Origin: Amoebophrya sp. A120
Taxonomy: Eukaryota; Protista; Dinoflagellata
DNA length: 64,000 nt
Assembly (NCBI GenBank): GCA_905178155.1
Contig: CAJINV010000009.1
Location: forward strand, 1,299,907-1,363,906
Reading direction: 5' to 3'
Shown here: one piece after another, positions 26,387 through 36,129 of the stretch
Layout of the letters: each line of letters starts with the position of its first letter
Position numbering within the stretch: the stretch's first letter is position 1
Made by a program: the position numbers and the translations under genes
Notes under the pieces: model-generated
Told to the model about the DNA's origin: nothing
The model's input: the letters and a program-made list of their open reading frames with translations, nothing else
Databases searched by the model: none

Positions 26387-29300
26387 TTACTGGATATTGC
26401 AGGGCCGCTCTTCCGAGATCCTGAAGCTTACGTTGTAAGTTCCAGGAGCGAGGTTGTAAATTCCTGGTTGCACATCAAGATCAATTTCTCTATCTACTTG
26501 CGCCTGTTGATCATCGCCCGTCGTTTGCACGGCTACGCTTGCCGTATTTCCTTGATCAACAGCGGGAGACATGTTTGCAATCACTTGTTGATTATTGTCC
26601 TGCACGACGACGTTGTTGTTTTGAACGACGATGTTGTTGTTTTGAACGACGATGTTGTTGTTTCCACCGAGATCCTGATCATTGGCCTGCTGATTCTCCT
26701 GGTCAGCATTTCCGACGTTCTCATTACTGTCATCACCACCTGGCTCGTATTCTTCTTGGACGTCTTTTTCTGGAGAACGCGGAGCTTCCAATTCTTGTTC
26801 ATTTCCTCCCTGTTCCACAAAATCAGACCACAATGGAACAACAGGTTGTTCTGGAGACACAGGAGATCCGAACAAAATCGGCAGATAATCTCCCGTGTGA
26901 ACTTCATACATCCTTGTAAGGTCTTCTGCCTGTTCTTGTCCTTCCGTGGGAATTTCATCCATCATTGCAAAGCTTTCTTCCTCTTCAGCCGTCGCACCAA
27001 CGGCGTCATCCAAGATCGAGGCGACGTTGTTCACGGGAATTCCTTGTTGTGACAAGTCAGGAGACGTTAATTCTTGATCTGCATTTTCTTGTTCTTGTGG
27101 AGGTGCAGCTACATCTCCAGGAGACGGAGAAGCGGGAATTTGCTCATCGCTCTCCAATTCCCGTTGATGCTCGATGGCCCCATCCACTAACCCAATCACC
27201 GGCGAAGAAGCCATGTTCTTGTTAAAACCGTAGCGGACCAACTGCAAGAACTTATTTGTTCCGTATTTTTCCAGAATTTTCTTGAACTCCGGCAAGTTCC
27301 GAATTTGTTCCGTCGTAGATCGGACAGCGTTGACGTTCAATCCCCAAACCCGCAGCTTCTCCTTTCTAACTTCCGGGTCAAAGATCGCCAGCTGTGTTTC
27401 AGGTGGAGACGCAGAAGGAGGCGGAGATGCAATTTCCGTCTCCTCTTCGTTTTCCTGCCCATCCCCAAAGATCTCATCACTTCCTTCCGAAGGGAGATCG
27501 ATCTCCATGTCCGAAGACGTACGACGGGTACGATCTTCATCCAACGGGCTGGATTCGGGGATTGGAGAACCGCGTCGCGCACCTGCGGAAGGCTGCTCTT
27601 GAGTCACTGGCTCCACCGGGACGGGATCATTGTTGTTTGCATTTTCCATTTCCACGTCTTCCATTACAACATCTTCTTGAGGAGCAGCGACAGGAGTAAC
27701 GGGTGGCGGTGCTTCCGCCTCCGGTTCTTGTTCTTCTGGATGAGCTCGAGTGTACGAGTTTTCTGCTGCGACTGCTTCATCTCTCCATTCCTCGTCGGCG
27801 TTGTTCCAATAAAGATGTGCGTAATCCCTCCAATAGATGTGCCAGGGAACCCACAGATTCCATTCTACCTGCACATACTCCGTAATGTCGTTTAGACGAT
27901 AACAGTCGTCGCTGGCGTGCGTGGTATTCCAACCATGCAGTTGACAGAAGTATTTGCACTCCCTACGCCGCGCGTGGGAGGGATCATGTCTCTTGCTCCA
28001 CTTCTTGCTCGGAGTACGTCGTGCTAGCAGCCCATTATTGCGTCTTCCACGAGAAACTGATCGCCTCCTTCTTGATCTAGAGCGTCTCCTTCCCGACCAA
28101 TGTTGATCAATGTTGTGGTGATGGAAGTCGTTGTGGTTCTGCGCCGCGGAAGACGATGATGATGCAGCACCCGGCAACAATGCCGGAGTAAACGCCATCG
28201 CTGGGCTCGGTGCGATTTGTAGATGCACATCTGCATTATACCGCTCCCCCGTTAAGGTAGTGCCAATGTCCAGCGGTCCCAGTGCTTGCTCCTCTTGCAT
28301 CAATGCCAGCGCAAGCTGTTGGTCAGCCACCACTTGTTCATAAATCGACTGATCCAGCGGCTCAACCTGAGACGCCTGTTGTTGCAGCTGCGACGAACCG
28401 GTTTGAACGTCTTCATTTTCTTGCCCCGCCAATTCCGCGGTTACATTGATCAGGTGGTCCAGGGTAGCAATGTCCAGATCGGGAAGAGCATGGTCCAAAT
28501 CAGATAAAGGCAGAACGTTCTGCGTGGCCGATTCTGGCTGCACATCTGGACTGTGAGCCGGAGAGTTGATGGTCGGAAACGGGGCAGGCAACGGCATGGA
28601 GGGATCCCAATCTATGTCTTCTCCGAGCTGAAAAGGAGGGTAGCGATGGTCGTCATCGGCAGCGCTACTGGCACTGCTGCCGCTCGCTGATGTGCGTCCT
28701 CCCACAATGACACTGCTATTTCCCAGGAAGCGAGTCAAGTTTTGTTGAGCTTCCGTCGGGGAAATAATTTCTTCAATTAATTTTTCAGGACTCACCGAGG
28801 CAGGGAGTTCTTGTTCTGGAGATGGTTCATTCCCATTTTCGTCTCCACCCTCTTCATCTGACTCGGTTGGCAGCAATGTTTCCTTTTTCTCCTTTTTCTT
28901 CGTCGTACCCACTGATGAAGACGCAGTTGTATTTGATACGTTTGTCGAAGGCTGAGCTGAACTGATGTTTGTGGAGGGTTGAGCATGAGTCGTTGTCGTG
29001 GTAGAAGTCTGAACTGAAGTAGCAGTTGGAGACGGTTGTACTGCAGCCGGAGCGACTGGGTTGTCATCTGCGAACAGGTCATCTAACTCGTCCAAGGCTG
29101 TGGGCACAGGAGCGGAGGCAGCTGCTGCTTGAAGGCCCCGCATGTACTTGATAAAATCAAGCACATTGTCGTTTTCCACCATAGAGTCGGTTAAATAATC
29201 CCAGGTTCGATTCTGCCCGTCAATTGTGTTGACAATCACTTGGGCCCACTCCGTGAGTTCTGTTTTGTCAACAAAACCGGTGTCCTTTGTTTGGTACAGA

Positions 29301-30682
29301 AACCGGTCGAATTTTTCCGGATTGTATCCTTCCAACGTCAACGTAGGTTTAGACGTCTTCCAGAAAACCCGCAGACCCTTTGGCCACCGCTCTCCCGGTC
29401 GACGAATAATGGTGATCCGCAGTTGCGCATCTTCGTACACAGTCGACACGTAAACTCCGTCTTCCAACACCTCTCCTTCTTCCACTCCTGCTTCAAGAGG
29501 ATCATCTACAATAAAGTCGTTTAAATCATCTCCGATGTCTAGAATTGGTCCGTACTTTGCACCACGAAGATCCACTTGTCCTTCTTCTTCCTCTTCTTCC
29601 TCCTCGTCATCATCCTCGCCATAGGTAGGCCAAAAACGTCTTTCCGTTTCCGCGCGACGCACAGCTCTTTCTTCTTCACGGTCAAAGCTGCAGCCGCGCT
29701 TCCGCTTTTTGCTGTTTTCCTTGTTTAAATATTTTTGTTGTTTTCGCATTGCGTGCTCCTCTTCGTCCTCATCTGACTCCGTGCACGTGTCAGATCCCGA
29801 GCTGTTTGAAGAATCAGACCCGGAGCTCGGAGGCTTACCGGCACACAGACGGTTGATCCTGGACATGTTCAACTGTCCATTTTTCGCCTTCGGCTGAATA
29901 CGTGGACGAAGTTGCGGCAGCGGAAATGGTCGTGGTACACCAGAAGATGAAGATGATGCTTGTCCTTGTGCTACATTCTGGTTCCCGGAAGAAGAGCTTG
30001 CTCCTAAAATCAACACCGGAGGTGGAGGCGGGGACGGAGCCGGTCCTGTGTTCGGAGTGATAGATACATTAATATTTCCCGCATTTCTTGGTGCTTCTCC
30101 TCCTGCGTTTTCTTGCCCTTGATCCGGGACAAAAGCAGGAGACCGGTTGCCGTATTCGTTGGCTTCATCTTGGACAACCGGAGGGTCACGGGGAATATCC
30201 TCGATAGCAAGAAGTCCTTCTCCTTGTGCGTTTTCGATTGCTAAAAAATTGTTGTTCTCTTCCTCCGACTCCGAACTATCAGACAGCACGTTTTTCCTTC
30301 TCCCTTTTCCTTTCTTCTTTGACTGCTTCTTCCCGAATTTCTTTTCCTTCCACCTCGCCTGCCGTTTGGCCTTTAACTGTCTTTTATGTCCACTAGACGT
30401 ACGCGGTCTTCCCCTGGCCGCCTTCGGTTTAGCCCCGGGGTTGGCGATCACAGGAGCAGCCGGAACCAGCTGCTGAATCCCTACCAGATTACCACTCGGA
30501 TCCAATATAGGGATAAAACCCGCAGGAATCTGGAACTGACCAACAGCGTTACTTCCTTGCTGTTGCGGCTGTTGTTCCTGCTGATTCGGCAGCGCCTGTT
30601 GTCCTGGAGGCAGTCCTTGGTTGCGTGGCTGCCTCTTCACCTGCGGCTTTGCCTTGGGCTTGGCCTTTGCCTTCGGCGGCAT
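26387..30682 (-). CDS. 1431-aa intronless low-complexity protein with a CHHC zinc-knuckle-like motif
   Basis: A long uninterrupted ORF with CQLHGWNTTHASDDC, an SR-rich patch, acidic/Gln/Asn-rich regions and AT-rich flanks. Confidence 0.8.
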   Translation of the reverse strand: MPPKAKAKPKAKPQVKRQPRNQGLPPGQQALPNQQEQQPQQQGSNAVGQFQIPAGFIPILDPSGNLVGIQQLVPAAPVIANPGAKPKAARGRPRTSSGHKRQLKAKRQARWKEKKFGKKQSKKKGKGRRKNVLSDSSESEEENNNFLAIENAQGEGLLAIEDIPRDPPVVQDEANEYGNRSPAFVPDQGQENAGGEAPRNAGNINVSITPNTGPAPSPPPPPVLILGASSSSGNQNVAQGQASSSSSGVPRPFPLPQLRPRIQPKAKNGQLNMSRINRLCAGKPPSSGSDSSNSSGSDTCTESDEDEEEHAMRKQQKYLNKENSKKRKRGCSFDREEERAVRRAETERRFWPTYGEDDDEEEEEEEEGQVDLRGAKYGPILDIGDDLNDFIVDDPLEAGVEEGEVLEDGVYVSTVYEDAQLRITIIRRPGERWPKGLRVFWKTSKPTLTLEGYNPEKFDRFLYQTKDTGFVDKTELTEWAQVIVNTIDGQNRTWDYLTDSMVENDNVLDFIKYMRGLQAAAASAPVPTALDELDDLFADDNPVAPAAVQPSPTATSVQTSTTTTTHAQPSTNISSAQPSTNVSNTTASSSVGTTKKKEKKETLLPTESDEEGGDENGNEPSPEQELPASVSPEKLIEEIISPTEAQQNLTRFLGNSSVIVGGRTSASGSSASSAADDDHRYPPFQLGEDIDWDPSMPLPAPFPTINSPAHSPDVQPESATQNVLPLSDLDHALPDLDIATLDHLINVTAELAGQENEDVQTGSSQLQQQASQVEPLDQSIYEQVVADQQLALALMQEEQALGPLDIGTTLTGERYNADVHLQIAPSPAMAFTPALLPGAASSSSSAAQNHNDFHHHNIDQHWSGRRRSRSRRRRSVSRGRRNNGLLARRTPSKKWSKRHDPSHARRRECKYFCQLHGWNTTHASDDCYRLNDITEYVQVEWNLWVPWHIYWRDYAHLYWNNADEEWRDEAVAAENSYTRAHPEEQEPEAEAPPPVTPVAAPQEDVVMEDVEMENANNNDPVPVEPVTQEQPSAGARRGSPIPESSPLDEDRTRRTSSDMEIDLPSEGSDEIFGDGQENEEETEIASPPPSASPPETQLAIFDPEVRKEKLRVWGLNVNAVRSTTEQIRNLPEFKKILEKYGTNKFLQLVRYGFNKNMASSPVIGLVDGAIEHQRELESDEQIPASPSPGDVAAPPQEQENADQELTSPDLSQQGIPVNNVASILDDAVGATAEEEESFAMMDEIPTEGQEQAEDLTRMYEVHTGDYLPILFGSPVSPEQPVVPLWSDFVEQGGNEQELEAPRSPEKDVQEEYEPGGDDSNENVGNADQENQQANDQDLGGNNNIVVQNNNIVVQNNNVVVQDNNQQVIANMSPAVDQGNTASVAVQTTGDDQQAQVDREIDLDVQPGIYNLAPGTYNVSFRISEERPCNIQ

Positions 30683-31869
30683 CGTGCAGGAAGGAGTCAG
30701 ATTAAGTTAATCTTTGGGGTTTATTTTCGAGATACAGCAAAGGAAGTTTTTTCAAAATGTCGCTTAAAGAGTCGCTTTAAAGTTGTCGTTGTAAATAGTC
30801 GCTGTATTTAAAAGGATGTAAAGAATGATTGCAATAGAGATGCGTCGCTTGTTTCAAATAAGTAGTGTTGATTCACTTTTTTGTTTTTACTCCAATCTTA
30901 AATCTTTTTGTCGCCTAAAGAAAGATACAGCCGTTTGAAAATGATTTTCCCTGAAAAGAAATTTTTAATGATAATTTCAAAAACAAGTACGACCACCAAA
31001 ACCACCAACCAATGAAACAGCAGTTAAGATCTGTCCAATGTTCGCACGCGGAAAGTGTAGATCTTTTTATGAGAAGACGCTTCCACAGATGATAAAGACG
31101 TCTTCTTTTCCTTTTCTGAATAACTTGCTGAAGAATTCATCTTTTTGTCACAAAAAATAAGCACGAAGATGATCTTCACACGTGGATCTTTTCGAAAGGA
31201 ATTGATCACTTATTCTCTTTCTCTTCTAATTGTTAAACCTGAAGTTGTTCCCTGAAAAGAATAGAGACTTTTTATAAACATCAATAAAAGATTTATTGTG
31301 ACTCTTCCTGACTTCCCGATACCCCCGACGCTGGATCCTTTTCCGGCAGCTGTCGCGCAAACCGCTGCAGGTTTCCTCGTTCTTCCACAATTTCCAACTT
31401 GCTTTCACCTTTCCAGAATCTTCGCGCAGGAAATTCGGTGGCAAGGGGGAAAAACTTTCCCGCGGTATCTGGACCATTTTTGATGTTGTCCGTGTAGCAA
31501 CGGATGCTTGTACCGTCTGCATACCAGGTATGGCGTTCTCCCGTAAGAGATGCTAAACCTGGCCCACCTTTCTGAGTGAGTGCCCCGAATAACTGCTTCC
31601 TTGGTGCGGTGTGGTGTATATACAGCCACGCCGCACGGTCACCCGAGTACAGCCACAGCGGACGTCTTAGCCGCAAGATATCCACCAAATCCAAAATTTC
31701 CCGTATTCCTGCTTCGCCTTGGCAAAACTTTATTGTTCCCGTAGAAGTTGTTGTCAAAAAAGTTTTGGCCAGTTTCGCAGTTATTGCTGGTTTACTGGTG
31801 AAATCTGGGAGGATTTTGACACATGGCACGTCATTCAGCTGCCAACTCGTAAGATTTGACCTCGCCGGG

Positions 31870-32680
31870 CGACGAACTCGCGCGATTTCACGTCCTATGG
31901 TGACCAGCTCGGAAGATTTTGCACCGTCGAGCCATGAGATCGCCAAGCTTTGCACTATAAGGCCACTACTTGGCAAGGTTTTGCACCGTATGGCCACCAA
32001 CTCGGAATATTGTGTCGCACCACAACCAACTCGGAAGATTTCATGCGGTAGGGCGACCCGCTGGGCATATTTTTGTGCGCACAGCCAACAGCTGAATGGA
32101 TTTTCCGTTGTAAATCGGGAAACGAGCAACAGTCCAAGCCTCGGCACAAGGGCACAAAAAGCAAGCCGGCAGGATTTTGCACAGTAGGGGTGTGACTAGA
32201 CAAAATTTTAAACTGTGGGGCCAGTAAAAGGCAACTTTTTGCACTATGGGCGCACCAGCTCTGGAAATTTTGCGCCCTCTGGCTACAACATGTGGAGACT
32301 TTTTGCAGTACGGGTACCACCTATGGAGATTATGTGATGTCAGACGACCAATCATACGAATTCTGTGCTGTTCGGCCACCACCCACTAAGATTGTGTGCT
32401 TTGCAGCCACCAGACGCAGAGATTTTGTTGTGTCAGGTTACCAGCCACAGAGATTTTGAAATATAGGGCTACCAGCCACGAAGATTTTGCGCTACATGGC
32501 TACCAGGCATGGAGATTTCGCGCTCTGGGGCTGCCAGCCATGGAGATTTTGTGTTGTGGGGCTACCAGCCATAGAGATTTTGTCCTGTAGGGATACCAGC
32601 TATAGAGATTTTGTGCTGTATGGCTACCAGCTATGGAGATTCTGTGATGTGGGGCGACCAGCTATGGAGATTTTGTGCTC
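31870..32680. repeat. 31-bp tandem array (GGCTACCAGCYATGGAGATTTTGTGCTGTRG-like), decaying leftwards
   Basis: Unit starts at 32467, 32498, 32529, 32560, 32591, 32622 and 32653; degenerate copies extend to ~31870. Confidence 0.9.
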
Positions 32681-32799
32681 TACTGGGACCAACACCGCCC
32701 GGCCCCCGCCGCCCGGCCCCTTGCAAGATCCGCCTCCCGGTCCCCGCGGAAGCATTTGCTTAGTCGCTTCTCGACCGCGGGGGCTTCGCGCCACCCGGG

Positions 32800-33070
32800 C
32801 AAAGGCGAAAGGCCGGAGCCCGGCGGCCCGGTATTCACCTCCGGCGCCTGCTGACCCCGCCGCCCTGCCGCGGTACCAGGTTCAAGCCCGGCGGCCCGGT
32901 ATACTCGTTCCTTCGGCGCTTGCGCGCCTCGCCCTCCGGCCAAGGCGAAGGGCCCGAGCCCGGCGCCCCGGAATTCTCCTCCGGCGCTTGCGCGCCCCGC
33001 CCTCCGCCCAAGGCGAAAGGCCCGAGCCCGGCGGCCCGGTATTCTCCTCCGGCGCTTGCGCGCCTCGCTT
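32800..33070. repeat. GC-rich ~69-bp tandem repeat, about 4 copies
   Basis: aaggcgaa(a/g)gcccgagcccggcggcccggtattctcctccggcgcttgcgcgcc occurs at ~32802, ~32942 and ~33010, with a partial copy at ~32885. Confidence 0.85.
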
Positions 33071-33384
33071 TCCGGCACGTGCCCGTCCCTTTGGCCCGCA
33101 CAATAGCCGCCATCCGAGGCGCCGCCGCTTTTCAAAACTACGCGCGGGACCCCTTCCGTCCGCGGTCGGGCGATCGCCCGGGCGGCTGGTCCCCATGGCG
33201 CCGCACCGCGCGCGGCGCTCTTGTGTTCTGCCACACCCCCCCCCCCGTTCGAGACAACCTCAAACGCCGCCGCCAATGTGCAAAAGCTCGGCAAAGCCGC
33301 GCTCGTTCTACATGCTGCACCATAGTCGCTAGTGTATCCGCCCCGAGATCTTTGTGCTTGTTTGTTTGGAACGTGCCCTGAGTT

Positions 33385-36129
33385 ATGACGCTGCGCGCCC
33401 CCATCTTTTGTACTGTAATGCGTTTCATCATACTTTGCTGCGCGATTGCGATTCAGGGCAGTGCAACGGCGTCGACGGATGGCCACTTGCTGCAGACTAT
33501 TCGCGCGCAGACGGCCCCGCGGCACGATGCGGTCAAAAACACGGCGAAGGCCGCTCTCGGGATTATGCTCGGACGCGGCGGCACAAAGTCTATGGCGGCC
33601 GACCAATGCGTGTACGACCTGATGCGAGGGCAATTGCCGCAACCGACGCTCCGCGAGCAAGCGTGCAGCCTGGTATCCACCCTGGCCGCCGGGCTTACCG
33701 AGGTAGTCGCCCTAACAGCGTCGACGCAACCGTGCACATCGGCGGCGGTGCCGACGGGACTAGAAGCGTCCGGGCGAACGGATCCTACCGACGCTCCTTC
33801 GGATACGGAAACCGTGTCTCAACCGGCATCCTACTTCTACTGGCCAAGCGTGTCCGATTTCTGGCAGCTGTCGCAAACAGTGCTCCAGAGCTTGAACGAA
33901 GAATGGAACGAGCGGGCACTCCGATCGCACGACCACCTCGACGCACCGCCCTTCGACGACACAGCCTGCTTGGCCGATGTGCTTTTCAACCAGCGGAAGT
34001 GCGGTGAATCAATCGAGCGACAGCCGCATGCCACCGCAGCCGCGCCGCCGCGCCTGCCGGCTCCGAGTTCGGTCGCCCAGACGGATGTACTTACCGCGTT
34101 CGAGCTATCCGCCCTCGCATATCTAAAACCTGAGGAGATCAGAAGGGAGCTACTTGGGTGGACGGTCGCAGGGGACGCGTTTGAGGAGGATAGCGGCGAG
34201 GGACTCCAGAAGCTTCTGCACGGGCCCGCAAAGCCTCCGAGAATGAGCGCCGCTGCTGAGGCGCAAGACATTTTGCGTGAGTTGAAAAAACAGGTCGATC
34301 CGGTGGCAGGAACGACTGCCGCCGAGCCTGAGCCCGCCTCGTCCACGGTGCCGGGGCATAGCAGTATGCGCGCTTCCCTGCTGCAGTCCGCCGCCACTCA
34401 CGCCACCAATTTTTTGCAGGAGGCCGCGGCCACGTCCGTTGCCGCGGCAACTGCTACGTCCAGCAGAAACCTGCCGGAGTGGTTTTTTTTCGTGCACGAC
34501 CGCACAGCATACTTTGTGCTTCGCGGGACGCAGAATATCGACGACTGGGCGGCGAACCTCGAGGTCGAAGGAGACTTCGAATCACCGGTTTACGAATATT
34601 ATCGGAATAGCCGCAAGTGGCGCGAATACTTTCCACTCTCGTCCGGGGTCTATCTTAAGCTGCACTACGGATTCTACAAGCGCGCGGAGCAAGCAGTTCA
34701 CGAACTGGAAACGAAGCTGCGCAAGAAGTTTCTGTCTAGCAGTGGCGGAACCCTCCGCAGCAGTTCGTGGAGTGCGGAAAAGGTGTTCTCTCCGACTGCT
34801 TCTACCGAAGAAGATCCGCTCTTTCCCACCGCTGCGACGCACTATCAAAAGGAAGAGCGTGCCGGGAGGAACGGGGCGCCGAGGGGTTCAGAGCAAAAGC
34901 CTCGGCAGAGCGGTTTGGACGCAGACATTGCGTACCAGCAAGAATATTACGAATTCAAGGACTCCTTTGACAAAGTCGTGATCACTGGCCACTCGATGGG
35001 TGGTGCCGTGGCTTTGCTGATCCATCGGCTATATAAATTTAACAAGTTTTTGCGCAGGCTGTGGCAAAACAAGATCGTGTCGACGACCGTCTTCTCGGCC
35101 CCACCAATTTTTGCTTCCAGCAACGCAGCGAGGGCAAAGGCAGCCCAGGCGTACCTGATTACCGGCAAAGTGCCGGACTTTCGACACTTCTATAATCGCC
35201 GGCTGGAACCGGCGTATGACTTCACCGAGCGCGAATTTTTTCGGAACACGAAGCTGATCTTCTTCAACCACGACCTGGTGCCGCAGCTTGCGCACATGAA
35301 CGGCATTTCCGAAGTGCAGCTAGTCTTGCCGCCCGTGGAACAGGTTCTTTGGCTCCGAGAAGAAGAAGCCATGGTGAGCCAGGAGCTCGTCTCGTTCTCG
35401 TCGCAACCGCGTCTAGCAAGACTTTCCGCCGCGCGGCCGGGCGGTGATAATAACAGAAGCAACATGCACGCGACGTACACACTGTCACAACCGCAGGAAC
35501 GAGAGAGTAACCCGCGCCGGCGACCATTTTTGGAAACCGACAAGCCGTACCACCCAAGTGAGCTTCATCCGCAAATGCAAGAGCTGCACTATCCGAGTCC
35601 TCATGATATCTCGCCCGACTTGGAAGCGGGCGAGCCGAACTCTCTGGACACGCTTCCGCTCCTACGACCGGGGGACGTGTCTCTGGCGACATCGCCCCGC
35701 AGCAGTAAAAGCGGGCGCGGCGGTGTCTCGCAACCTTTGAGTCAGAAATACAAAACTCGTCTGCGAACAGTTTTCCCAGTGGGGCTGCTTGCCCAGTACT
35801 TGTACCTCTCTTCGAGCTCCGCAGGCCGAGCGCTCGGGGCGACATCGGTAGCATCGCTTACGGATTTTTTGTTTGGAAAAACGTTTCACGAGCACAAGCT
35901 CTCCTCGTTTCGCACGTTCATTCACGACCTGTTTGGCGCTGAAACCAAGTGTGACCAGAGCAGGCATCCGCATTGCGCAGCGGAGCCTTTCTCGCCGGTC
36001 ACCGACAGCTCAATGCTAATCTCGGGCGAAGATGGTATGGAAGATTCGGATACCCGAACGGATACTCGAGCTCTCTACGTTTCACCAGCCGATTTTGTTG
36101 AGATCATGAAAGACAATACTAGATGCTGA
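33385..36129 (+). CDS. Class 3 lipase (alpha/beta hydrolase), probably secreted
   Basis: Motifs FVLRGT, DWAANL, HYGF, the nucleophile elbow VITGHSMGGAVA, and NHDLVPQL. A signal-like MRFIILCCAIAIQG follows the second ATG. Confidence 0.88.
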   Translation: MTLRAPIFCTVMRFIILCCAIAIQGSATASTDGHLLQTIRAQTAPRHDAVKNTAKAALGIMLGRGGTKSMAADQCVYDLMRGQLPQPTLREQACSLVSTLAAGLTEVVALTASTQPCTSAAVPTGLEASGRTDPTDAPSDTETVSQPASYFYWPSVSDFWQLSQTVLQSLNEEWNERALRSHDHLDAPPFDDTACLADVLFNQRKCGESIERQPHATAAAPPRLPAPSSVAQTDVLTAFELSALAYLKPEEIRRELLGWTVAGDAFEEDSGEGLQKLLHGPAKPPRMSAAAEAQDILRELKKQVDPVAGTTAAEPEPASSTVPGHSSMRASLLQSAATHATNFLQEAAATSVAAATATSSRNLPEWFFFVHDRTAYFVLRGTQNIDDWAANLEVEGDFESPVYEYYRNSRKWREYFPLSSGVYLKLHYGFYKRAEQAVHELETKLRKKFLSSSGGTLRSSSWSAEKVFSPTASTEEDPLFPTAATHYQKEERAGRNGAPRGSEQKPRQSGLDADIAYQQEYYEFKDSFDKVVITGHSMGGAVALLIHRLYKFNKFLRRLWQNKIVSTTVFSAPPIFASSNAARAKAAQAYLITGKVPDFRHFYNRRLEPAYDFTEREFFRNTKLIFFNHDLVPQLAHMNGISEVQLVLPPVEQVLWLREEEAMVSQELVSFSSQPRLARLSAARPGGDNNRSNMHATYTLSQPQERESNPRRRPFLETDKPYHPSELHPQMQELHYPSPHDISPDLEAGEPNSLDTLPLLRPGDVSLATSPRSSKSGRGGVSQPLSQKYKTRLRTVFPVGLLAQYLYLSSSSAGRALGATSVASLTDFLFGKTFHEHKLSSFRTFIHDLFGAETKCDQSRHPHCAAEPFSPVTDSSMLISGEDGMEDSDTRTDTRALYVSPADFVEIMKDNTRC

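Noticed and set aside
31870-32680. 31-bp periodic array as CRISPR
   Set aside because: Units abut without spacers and diverge gradually.
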